DNA from: Clostridia bacterium
Lineage (GTDB): Bacteria; Bacillota; Clostridia; Christensenellales; DTU072
Length of the DNA stretch: 64,000 nucleotides
Direction: 5' to 3'
Assembly (NCBI GenBank): GCA_035381305.1
Contig: DAOSYK010000007.1
Location: 5,002 to 69,001 of the forward strand
The position numbers were made by a program, and so were the translations under genes. Below the pieces are notes generated by a model that saw nothing but the letters and a program-made list of their open reading frames with translations, made no database searches and was not told the DNA's origin. Shown here one piece after another: positions 48,501 to 55,200 of the stretch (position 1 is its first letter; every line of letters starts with the position of its first letter).

Positions 48501-49187
48501 GGAGTCGGAGATTATGTCGAGTTTTATGTCGGAGTAGGTTGTGCTGTCCCTGGTCTCTGTGACCTTTATGCGGTCGACGCTTCCCGCGTCAAGAACAAGA
48601 CCGAGGTTGAGACGAGAGTTGTCCTTGTCGAAAATGTAGGCGCCGCTCTCGCTGAACACCTGTTCGGAGAGGTCGGCGTATCTGACAAGGTCAAAGAATG
48701 CGTCGAACATCGCCGTCATGCTGAAGTTTTCGATATACTTTTTCTCTATCTCGTACTTGTCGCCCTTAAGGGAGTTCTCATTCTCCTTGTAGTAGACTGC
48801 ATACAGGTTTTTGCGGTCGTAGTAGACCGAAAGGCGGTTGGCGTTGTTATCATTGTCGAGGAAGGAAAGATAGATTTCGGAGTCCTGCGGATTCTGGGAA
48901 TAGTTTGCCTTATACGTTACGGTATAGTTTAGATCTTTCTCGGTGCGGATTGTGTACACGCTCTCCACGGCATAATAAGAGGCAGAGTCAAGCGCGGCCT
49001 TACCTGCGATAAGTCCGTCGTATGTGCTCTGCATCGCCTGGGGCACGGTTATGCGCTCGCGCGTTGGGTTGCCCGGATCGTTACCGTCGTCGTCGAGGTC
49101 GCCTGTGTTGCCCGAGCAGGCGAACAGAGTAAACGCCATCGCCACGAGAAGGAGCATTATTAAGATAAGGCTTAATTTCCTTTTCAT
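33540..49187 (-). CDS. giant predicted lipoprotein A (5,215 aa), putative surface fibril/adhesin, family unassigned
   Basis: Uninterrupted 15,648-nt ORF. AAGGGA RBS lies 5 nt before the ATG. The signal peptide MKRKLSLILIMLLLVAMAFTLFAC has a lipobox Cys at residue 24. The body is beta-rich modules with a central helical-looking segment, and the C-terminus carries MBG-like repeats and a beta-helix. Confidence 0.9.
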   Translation of the reverse strand: MKRKLSLILIMLLLVAMAFTLFACSGNTGDLDDDGNDPGNPTRERITVPQAMQSTYDGLIAGKAALDSASYYAVESVYTIRTEKDLNYTVTYKANYSQNPQDSEIYLSFLDNDNNANRLSVYYDRKNLYAVYYKENENSLKGDKYEIEKKYIENFSMTAMFDAFFDLVRYADLSEQVFSESGAYIFDKDNSRLNLGLVLDAGSVDRIKVTETRDSTTYSDIKLDIISDSVNTYMDNYLEQIGDKFDVITKKFLGFRLSRVIENRFSYIHVGLINVQRENGVADFAQVSMDGSFRDSSKYQIDGEIGYKVASRIDITEKSNFSPASFEHVNMGENKYVGSINIPSLSKEDFDITISTDLDTKENTNNKLAIDITDAKNNQLMSAYYRDQVFFFDMSGLNSQYIRNAIDIDVFNLPKVYFQGINLTNLINAIYNSGVKMISIILDRSISIGDPENENLYSIIMDNFTTVGNTIYYTIDEQLIQLIRDDDTRTAEIIADLLNIDVEKLDSIIGEDFFNLSSIRLSYNLDNGQIGMTYYYGDTVIFSMRADREDFFPIIFPEDTTLQHNAYNRLVLPDDIKTEIEVEFEVTNAKEASDASKILGAFLGDASGKNTPYNITRNQTLVLRAQASESFVALGTDRLVSEYIMRFDLCLRDRDGEKPLMSVYTNPKNANEFLIKYLMPFGKGPYPNINGIKYRIQRSAVAAALNIILGENNSFEDTSLFGLISEILKSKSSRAQVTNSDGYFNFVLEVETNPETGEQNDPVKKLIGVSDLRARIKARFLFEKVVLNDITPEEYFTPAVNGGSFESAVGIDSLYSPNSKWKDTIEVTFADVGTIEMIPNYLPDSVKIDGDRKTYNPVCSLFGLTADYIVTIYKEIGTYTVRRLVTDTLIIDPAFTNKLPRQVEVEFTNGTTGFLECSIEGLTDEVVTYDGLNRNVFANDKKATYTLRIGGNSIMEISFPVYIAIHNRTVIPLTESGEDMNDHENNPVIGTITIDPYEYAMKKLADASFDPIRAGIAAQNMRLNFYNVYGYTEAGEPLTYNVEGYNFFFLDNLNLDWEFDQTRIKYNGGELFAYAYYGQGPSAIKIAIKVYVTAKVVDYVRINDEELNRYTIDSLVESTYAIPTQTGVGTSVTVHFKDGTSRIVRMVRPDGISDEDYYAQYLPIELRWHIPNPDYMRNVTLEYGATELFGPSMRNQTYAEISIGSLGTDTVRLTVEVPERREDIADLKSANAVKKINVNPDGTFTLDKLTSVQISPLRFGESGNIYNYFSINPYDEEGKLPNEIYMLVKERSGANSMKVLKKYTVRWLTTAGVGGEETNILYIDDNGYARLEHPTTDENDFYIYGVVGTGRFTVTVKAIVKNLASELRSIQYEDMPVDAAEITIDPYKTYRLPAMFTAVLESGERVYRSNIAWMVRKEGDTEWVPIDKPTGGNYDPALYGPDGKYLFGYEGGTYLIRYILEATGSVLRQELFIYVTVEPRTIVSDTINIYETGALVAGYHDINYYKPESKILSDRVAALMNDTAKALRVGVGFEEARTDLVLDRYDLYVDWLRAVPSDPNYRNSLDYLAYILKNPISEEVMQLRGTIFTGTVNEQSLSVTFSLAGLVISNITLFNAEYSENVNAVSLPQKANDGRIAMSTITADGELIIYIPKLFALTVPVNNLERYATPYQYINHVFSRIMMVYYNGMTDSDIIPQLNFGDYNEQTFNRKVLGITDGLYRPTDETTTFIYIRKLSAGSAEENIKVRIVAKVDTRESQGRNITAELYNEFGESCTAEGYILPTYIDVPYINSGVVRYYLDESGWYTSDHSGLGRATSIPLTSINVLSRNALSFSYYYVLPLQGLKDGVQDEGYYYLNVNIPRKNLNDVNYYASAEDSLYNITDGYIKITNAYLFYNNTATYTSGSTTYNTGYDFTKLPDVIYARIVPDWFDATGVNFFTVSWVPVMNAITETDIVNGISREDRRAIATATILSYYNGQGEHVTQTVTVYIEMDAMVFEGIAYSENGVSLDIREDANRVRNTIVIDPYDDKVGYNGIFRLPTVGLVLSFENRETYTVTPAPGEPAGSRITDDIRRFELLDNDMRFIRSLTEIPYGYSGYNLPDANLPINGLLYVKMVMFTGQEIILTINILSRVIDEANIPNTVVKEGEYEEIELPRLYYVDPYNSITHRLPVNANIFFLNSDNYTVLPITRWEILSGGVYKDVNTSSYFYSQASSQNSNIRYAYFNSSSDGYRGGVFTLRAYISMGISASGVSIGEQGFDIIVVILNRSLKVPYSTSYEYDDPIAGLLEDIGGELNEDMFVDYDKYYAEAFFTKGISPEYYYSAISDGPVLPGIDWSRYVDDSFISYEGFRDKSVDGYLFAQNTNINYLYLKFKEEVEATYAELSKSMTWDSFFTVENGKLVPLAYYSTTTINNLKQLLEEIEVEVKNQTFDMLLTRFNAAENTASLAKRMENVLLRSVMSNNPQLQNEKEGIAFLYDMLRTQYNGGDIKTEDRTIYLNWVDMYNNFKGNYPGYVENIDAENLTPYQKLKRDIYNKAYENLYFYGDEYNYNDALYAAAQKKLANYINNAIWLKIFDMATRDERARMNAILGQDSNVNSRANALKVLMISDLKTVGSYGEYASAKISAPKVSFDKFKDNRDTFYFNIYTNLSLDEEVTALFEYNKEAIFEELIQTSLRDVIDAYRKGIISAALQEYFNALKASIVNTMVPVDDNGQRISFYYDLAYHVYDYAVDKNVVWPAEKKALAINAYREYVRTKAIEHILPYSNESTAQNAWNSLYGAALLKQDTATIAVMNRILNENAGSYLNALNAFKLYLQDEASAVYDVAIDYADKYVNGVVVESLLANPDVVGNNDIQTYQVFTEIYGSVIGRYNGPNDIYTLVRDSLNSAQRAEFEGRMGTFGSDGYIRTIYHYLYYPEGSAEVRKAVQDFFYVKISEYAGKDFFDLLYQKTTSGYTETQESLTTYLDNAVLGYTNGQYDLRLRKARVFRNLQNYYANLAGDAATYKALIQDIYDSVLIDIRDAAFYALYNDLFSAYSAGREDFKSTKGNVRAIAFDYLVKAFETDADAVIAVYNNKISDYAAENLYKQAVSLYEEMMISNGFVYITSATDPTPKNYLELTVSEERAVERKAVDYYYYNLATEEEQLYIQSSSGIFGNYLEGGKFRAPEGVYGYLVHRYDLGQAFVDNLTAIRYYCLLDYAYENIVNTVRSVYQSPTGAEYNNYVNTYHTKLNEMGGTGGYSEAAVNAFAKEAYITYQIEQVILRAYLSRKASITSGTLASQGREQIYYQIYLNSLGNILDGQGVTLYGADTLYYRLYNLIPAGLDVEHEDIINDLLLAGDKSRYYEIFAQSSAVLDTIEALSYQNAITKNRYYQTYNAIKDRLFEKMRAEIVAAVEEVEIREGFVKVFDNVIAPYYGAEARTLPVYTEANLINARDINLVDNNLVTAYDEFMIEADDMEKAFLEALYRQEILSKGSAANVDYLKTVAIMAYYVIINEVKNTIVFNIDFDLVAISDIQSGLRTVFNDDAKKETIELLCAYLTSKSFRIAAAYLEKAVALNRYHTDFVAEDNPEGLSPEERAIYNAALAEYVAYTTKIYNKLLFTSMGRMASQYQTFIQTGKFFTILDSALTTRLNDYLAKYVEGVSDYTDATYMAVLESMLNTITVEYKFYSRDHIAEADVKKDARNKHLLYFDVQLLQDEGNSSTQDINKIYLTNLRKKNNPLTLISEDGYRFVYPQIEIAYVDYYGTTTVDDAQDKFDGNETSTNKFLNKITIDPLNPDLPAKVHAYGIYRKTGGAYGILDVGMINVTYDEIFLSLENEFQGNAPEGDATSSYKITAINNKGEQFLIGLTVFYLDRTVQSYYVSSAGYTSSSNMISGGEYARYYNLFDANAGINRIIIDPTTEETVDKENISYRMPATLVANYTNYDSDTYRSGSPRTMVYTNVVWDMAGISYSLKGLGEKSMRILSYNTSMGDGTYNRVSFDYSSNSMTISKYSEVDNTRISTSTFVGVPAYAVWNVTLTVNTKTVDKVYLKNEDGPNTLLASFVSDDISGIGNDERWLVAESGFTVNPYYVEFYQGLVLEFSDGDSFDAGEAIDWLYHPTNGVDKLREIVNKSIQEPNNRYIVAGFEYICETIWIKLMVDDIEIVRPQIPDGGGTTQGYINGGTLYLLAKTPTYTIEKEAQLASFYPYLYYNFSNNRYVTDWRRVPLSFSANAIRNIVLNEGNVYTGILATLGNNNSGANISFTVRVISPKLFAQLNGDTNQHVVYDSVSMPIDGNSRVISSSSDMPQIFGNYFVQLNNGNNPTMFNIIGTTYDVVNEKVTYECRYYISGADEKIAGGPDGLMTLSFKTVLPLTTYNYSGINDIRFVTDAGENFRWKSVNTFEEAGELYWTLGRSMSPSLLPKAYDAATGERIELMWDLDNVNVNLATGPDWYYAVRAYYYSSAAQWLYKEVNIYILREDITSVMVPTTTLSKVYDGNRYVYNLDYSRLTMLRSDGTLAEIDPLNVTIEYRISTATDFNYSTAYRPLNAGTYYIRITVDDYNFYGMVVITLTIEPYRIKGAIPGGLGGQTGLVTDIVFAGADANNYIYYVYNGQARGVVVSSGLPLVRVENWPGTRDQKDRLYQSKLGPNPTAAEVTIAKSAAFNELYSIVTPATQTFLTRFKAQVRAEYNITSENELNAKVFDLLDHDLYICEVVPTIVYKNMSDVILEREPVDVGTYMFTYTIDGAQNNGNYVLDPRTTQIAGWIVINRPDITYSLVSNNLVYNGANQNPLINNLHQSNGTLPTGVTVTYSYRYIRNLEWITISQIRNVGTYYLTVTINGGNNYPSATLENLTVNIVSRDLLVDFDETKTRSSYLSDIVDYSEHLRFDGLVGADRPDDFYSPVVSGNVKSYYTLGQYPIFINGFKLSPADLQTYTKFDVNTLYEINGRQYYKLELKNASEPGSLYLQVDESGRYVYDSLISKFSNYNVYIAAESVYTIYPDGEAILVSNDEELQDAIAAIPENGRATIYLAEGSYSALYIDINASITLIGCYDEDANIISHLERITIAEGEVTLRIIRMTGQSAQDSVIVGDNAGMISILDCYFDGNGTASSRAIVTSDGYEGLLYINNTTITRYVRAVEILSGRAEITSSVFTANSFGVRSFTNEEVYMRNCQFVNTSNEALVLENDNYILLECRFTGNLVAVMAAEDGRNTVLIQNEFRNNGEDFKSL
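33543..34226 (-). other. C-terminal right-handed parallel beta-helix region of giant protein A (last ~228 aa)
   Basis: Periodic coils of about 22 aa (ITLIGCYDE, VTLRIIRMTG, ISILDCYFDGNG, LYINNTTITR, AEITSSVFTAN, VYMRNCQFVN, ILLECRFTGN, VLIQNEFRNN) fit the Beta_helix/pectin-lyase-fold repeat pattern. Confidence 0.6.
34227..35776 (-). other. MBG-like (YDG/YNG ... GTY) repeat region of giant protein A (~516 aa)
   Basis: Recurring pairs KVYDGN...NAGTYYIRITV, YVYNGQ, VDVGTYMFTYTI, LVYNGANQ...NVGTYYLTVTI and YTLGQYPIFI resemble the MBG / MBG-YGX adhesin domains as I recall them. Confidence 0.5.
49116..49187 (-). other. lipoprotein signal peptide of giant protein A
   Basis: Basic N-terminus (KRK), 17-aa hydrophobic core, L-F-A-C lipobox, then SGNTGDLDDDGNDPGNP, a flexible acidic tether. 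Confidence 0.7.
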
Positions 49188-49200
49188 CTATTTCCCTTTG

Positions 49201-52200
49201 TCATTCCACCATGAAGGTGATGAGATCGCTTATGTAAGTTATTCCGTTTATCTTGAACGAGGTGGACGAAACCTGACCGTACCTTATGCCGCCGTAGACG
49301 ATGTCGGTGACCTTGATGAGGTTGTAACCCGCGGTATGGGGCTTGTCCACATCGATTTCGTTAAACATATCGAGCAGTTTGTAGATGTAGGTGTCCGTTG
49401 TGTTGTAGGGGCTAATTATTCCCTCGGCGGCGTAACTGTTCCTTACTTGCGCCGCGTTCCAGTAGTTTGTCCTTACCGCAATGTAAACGGTGGCAGGCAG
49501 GGCGTTGGACGCGACGATGCCATACTGGGCGTAATTGTCGGGGTCGGTCTCGCTCTGTCCGGCGTCTACGAGGTAGTAGTAGCCTTTCGACGTGAAGTCG
49601 CCGAAGACCACCTTGACTTTTACGGTCGTGGTGTACAGCGCAATGGACTTGCCGACCTGAACGATGACCGTTATGTCGCGGTTACCGTTAATGCCGCCGG
49701 CAAGGTAGGACTCATTGCCGGTATAGTCGTATCTCTCGCGCAGGCAGAGGAGTTTGTACGCCTCAAGTTCGCACCTGTCGCACTCGATGCCGAGGTGCGT
49801 GCACCCGTCGCGGTACTTGACGTACGCCATGGCGTCTTTTACAAGCTGGGCTTCCTCGGTCTCGGAGCGGTCGAAGTTCATGAGAATGTTCTTGGCGCGG
49901 GATGTGACTTCGTTGGTCGCGGTGTCGGGATAGGAGTATCTGACAAAGCCTTCCAGCCTGTTTATCGCCGCCTCATACGACGCGTTCCAGACAAGCCTTA
50001 CCTTGATGTCGCTGTAGGTGTAGTCCACTAGTCCGTTGTGTATCTGAACTTTGCCGGAAACGGGCAGGTACATGGTCGGGTCGGTAACAAGAGTGGTCTC
50101 GCCGCTTCTTGCCATAAGGTACGGTCTTACGTCTTCGTAATATATGCCCGAGTCGATGTCGATGAGCTGTATCTTGTCTATGACCATTTCCTCATAGTAG
50201 TACTTGCCCCTCGTTACCACACCCGAAACGCTCGTGTCGGAAAGACCCGTGAGGTTGAATTGTCCGACCGTCGCGTTGCCTAAGAACACGCTGCCTTCGG
50301 AGTTGACCGCGTTGCTGGCGCTGTTGATGACGGCGGCCTTGACATTGGTATCCCAGTAGATTATGTATGCCTTTCTCTGCTTGACTTCTTCCATGTCGTC
50401 GTCGTTTGTCGTGTTGACAAGCAGTCTGCTGTCCTCGGGGTAGAAGTTTACAAATCTCGCCGTGCTTTGGCCAGAGCTCGAACTATATACGTTGAACACG
50501 ACTTGGTAATAATCCTCGGAGGAGTACTCCTGATAGCCGTTGAAGTAGAAGCTGAGGTATCCGTTCTGGTTCATGTAGGTGAACTTGTCGCTTCCGTCGG
50601 GGTTGGTGCCCGAGAGATATCTCATGCCCGTGTATGCCCACTTGTTGACAACAAGCCGTAAAGATACCTGCTGGCCGTTGCTGTTCTTGATGTTTCCGTA
50701 AATTGTCTTGTCGGCGGCGCCAAGGTTGCCTGCGGGACGTATGGTGACATTCTTCCATATTACGGGATAATCCACTCCGCCGATTGTGACGAAACCGGGA
50801 ATGTCGTCCACGGTCTGGGTGAACGGGTTCTCGATGACGTATTCGGTGTAGACGGTACCCTCTTTGTCCTTAATCTTGATGTCGCCGGGGTCAACCGTCC
50901 TGTCGAGCACCTTGACTACCATCCTCAGTTGCTGAGTTTCCATCGTGGTGGCAAGATACAGACTTGCGGTAAGCGTGACGTACTTGTATTCGTCAAACGT
51001 CCTTACTATCTCGTCGCTGTTCATACCCCACGATGTGTTGATGGTGAATGGCTCGTTCTTGGCGCGGTTGTAGAGGTTTTGTCCCGCTCTGTAGTAGGTA
51101 TAGAGTATGATCGACTTCTCGTCAATGGACAGGCTTTCGGGATAGAGTCCGTAGTTTTCAAACGTCCTCGTAAGATTCTGCTGGATATTCATGAGAATAT
51201 CGTAAATCGCGACGTTTTCGGTCTTTATCTCCGCCCAGGTGATTTCGGGTGTTGCCGTAAGCAGGAGTTCGTCCAGCTTCTCCCTGGAGATTTCGTAATT
51301 CATGTACTTTTCGTATATCCTGAGCCACATCTCGATGTAGGCGTACTCGTCGGCTCTTGCGTTGCCCTGAGCGGTCGCTTTGCCCGAGACTGTGTCGTTG
51401 GACCAGGTCACTCTGAAGGTATAGCTGAAACCGCCCCTATCCTCGTTGAAGTCGGCAATCAGCCTTGTAGGCACATAGAGGTAATCGCCATAAGGATCGA
51501 GGATATAATAGCTGTCGGTGCGCACGCCTTCTTTCTGTACGCGCTTAATTTCGGCGGCTATCTTCGATTCCATATATACCTTAGAGACGTAATTTCCTAC
51601 CGCTCTTGTAAACAGGGTCTGTATCGCGGTTGCGTTGGAGATGCCGGTAGTTATGTTGGACCTTATGGCGGCGATGCTGGTGTTAAGGCTGGCGGTGGTC
51701 GCGTATGCCTGCCTTACGCTCAGATTGATGATGTCGCGCATCTGCTGGGTAAGGGTGGGAACTCCGCCCACTTCATAGCTGAAGTCCATTGCGCGGTCTA
51801 TCATGCCGTTAATAATCTCTCTCATCTCGACCTTGGTCGCATTGAGTGAGTTGTTTATAAAATCGTCCACGGTGTAGCCCGTGACAGGTCCGTAAACGCC
51901 GTAACCCGAAATGAGGCCTAACTGTGCTTTGAAGATGTTGCCTATCATTTCGCTCATTTCGACGTTGTTGCCCGTATCCTTCCGGGCGTTGGTTTCGGCA
52001 AGCGTTATGTTGTCGGCAAAGACTCTTGTTATCTCGTCGTCGCGACGGGCGGGAGTGTAAACTCCGCTATCATAGAGTTCGTTTACTCGGTAAATACCCT
52101 TTATGATTGCTTCAACGTCAATGTATGCCTCAAAGATGTTCTTGTAATAAATGGCATAATTTAACTGAACGGGACCTATATCCTCGGTGTAGCCGATGAG

Positions 52201-55200
52201 AACACGCAAGAGTTCTTCCTCGACATAGTTGTAGATAATCGTCTCGTAGCACCTGATAACCATGTCGTTATAGCAAGCGTCAATAAATTCGGCAATCTTG
52301 GTGTTGCTGGACTTGTTGCGCTGAATATTGCTGATGTAGGGCGAGAGGTTGGCGTCGTTGTCTATGTACGCGCTCATAACGGCGTACGCATAATCCCAGC
52401 AGTAGTCGGCGGGATACGCCTGTTTCGGGTCGGGCGAAGCGGCGCCGTAATCGGTAATGCCGTCAAATGCCGCCTTCAAGAGCACGCGGATCGCATCGGC
52501 GTTGTTAACGACCTCGGCAATCTGCGTTACCGTCGGTATGGTCATCCTCTCCCTTATCTGTCTTGCCTGGAGCACGAGGTTTTCGAGGTTTAATTCTATT
52601 CTCGTCAGGTTGAATTTGTCGATTAATGTGCTCTCGGTTCGGGAGGCTATCGCGCTCATGGCAGAGGATATTCTGCTCCTTATCTCCTGGTCGTCGAGTT
52701 CGACTACCGCCACAATATTTTCTATGGTCTTATCATAGAAGCGGAAGCGGATGGTAATTTGCTGTCCGAGACCGAGGTCAACGGTAAGGTTAATTACCTG
52801 GCGGTCGAAGTAGGTTTGCGGGAAACCGAGAGCTACCGCAAGACTTGCGATGTTTATGCCCTGGATGTTGTAGGGTATGTTCCTTACGGGCACGTTGCGG
52901 AATCTGTATTCCACATTGTTGAAGGTGTGGGTAAGTCCGCTGGAGTACTTAACCGTAATGCTGGCGGGAAGGACAAGGTTTTGTCCGTTGATTGCCGGAC
53001 TTGTCGAATCGTTATATGCGTCGACGTCGACGACAAACACGTTTTCGTCGTTTTCCCTTATGGTCATTGTGTCAAGTTTGGGATTTCTCTCCTTCCACGG
53101 CAGGCTGACAACCTCTGCGCTGTCGATGTTGATGTAGAGCTGAACCTTGACCGTGTCCATCTGCACCGTTCTGCCGTCAACGACCATGGACCAGCCGAGT
53201 ATGTCGGCTTCGGCGATACGGTCGTTGCTGTTGAAGCCCATTGCGGCATTGTAAGTGCCCAGGTACGTCATGTCGTACAGCTTGCCGCTTGTGCCGTCGT
53301 TCCAAGTATTGAGTATCTTCCACTGTACATCGGAAACCCTTATCATCTGGCGCCCCGTGTCTATCTCTATGGTGGAAGGCAGCATGCCCGCCGTCGCGAA
53401 ATAAGATGTCAGCGGGAAGTAGTTGTAGATATCCTTAATATAGATAATGCCGTTTTCTATTTTCAGATCGCTGTTGACGCTGTTGTAGCTGTTGATGTTG
53501 TCGGCGACGCCGATAAAGCTGAACGTCCTTCTGATGCGGAAGCCCTGGCCGGTAAGCGTGCTGAGTGTTATCGTCTCGTCGGAATTTGCGTAAACGACCT
53601 GCTGAGGAATGGCGGTGATTATCGTGCCGGGGACGATCTGGGGGTACCCGCTGGCCTCGACATACCAATAAACGAGTTTCTCGGTGTCGGGATAGCCGAA
53701 GTTGTAGGTCATTTCGCCCAGCGTTATGTCCTGCTTGGTGGCGGTTATCGTCGCGATTATCTCGTTGCCGAGCACATAGCCCATTTCGCCGTACTGGGCG
53801 TAGCCGTTGGCGTTATAGGCGTAGACCGTGATGTCGTCGGTAAGTATGCCCGTGGTAAGACCGCCGCTGAATATGAGGCGGAGCGTCAGGTCATAGGAAT
53901 TTGCGCCCGTGCCGATGTTTATCTTGTACTTTGTGCTCTCGCGGAACACTTCGGTCTGAGAAATTACTATGTCGTTAATATTGAATATGCCCTGCATATC
54001 GGTGATTGCGGTGACTTTGTTGGAGATCATGTCGGGGGTGCGGCCCTCGATGAGGTGGTTGCGGTAGTAATTGAGCCTGTAGATGAGTTCCTGATAGCTC
54101 ATCCTTGTCTCGGTGCCGCCGTCACGCAGAGTGATGTAGTCAAAGACTATCTCGTTGCCAAACTCATTATAGAAGGTGTATACGCCCCTCGAATAGCCGT
54201 AGCTGTCGGCGAGGGCGACAACCTGCGAGAACGTGTTTGTCTCGCCGTCCTTTTCGGTGCTGTCTATGGTCTGGGAGACGATGTCTTTGGTCATCTCGCG
54301 GAAGATTATAGCATTGGTCAGTTCCTGCAGCGATACGGTGACGGCCGTTTCCTCAATCATGCTGGCGTCGGAATAGAGCTTTAGGAGGTTGCCCTGGGTG
54401 AGCTGGAGATAGAATTCCATACCCTCGACGATGGAGTATTCCACTGTGACGGTATCTTTCTGCCTGCTGTAATCGTAGACGTATCTTATTCTCGCAACTT
54501 CGGACAGTTTCTTTGTAATGCTGCTGTCGGTGCCGTTGTGGAGTCTTACGTAGACATTTTCGTAGTCAAACGGGTACTGCCAGTAGGTCACCGTCTGTTC
54601 GGGCGCGAAGATGATGTTCATGCCTGAGTACAGACTGTTAATAAAGTCATATGGGTACATCTCGTTCTGGAGTTCGTAGTCGTCGCCCCTTCTTAAGTAG
54701 AGTCCTATCTTGCCTATACTGACCGCGCCGTCATACGCGCTGCCCGTGCTTACCACGATATAGCTCTCGCGCAAAGTTTCGGGGTCGAGGAAGTAGAAGC
54801 CGAGCTTGTTCTCGTCAAGTATGCTCCTCTGATAGAGGTCGAGGAGAGTGACATAGCGGTAATTTATGTTGTCGCCCACTTTGACGTAATAGTTCTGCAA
54901 GGGGCTGGTGAGGTCTATTCTGCTGATTGTGTAGTTCTTTACAACCACCGACAGATAGATGTCTATGGTAACTTCGCCGTCGCCGATTGTCGTGACAAGG
55001 GTCACGATGCTGTCGGGGCGGTAAACGGGCACGTTGCCCACGACCGCTCTCCAGTCGGTCTCGTAAATCTCGATTCTGCGGTTGTCGGCGGTGCCGAATG
55101 TCGCCGCAAGGTATGCGGGAAGATTGAAGTTGCCAAATGTGTCGACGTAATAGACGTAGCTTACGTAGTTTCTGTCGCTGACGATGACGCCCTGGTCCGT

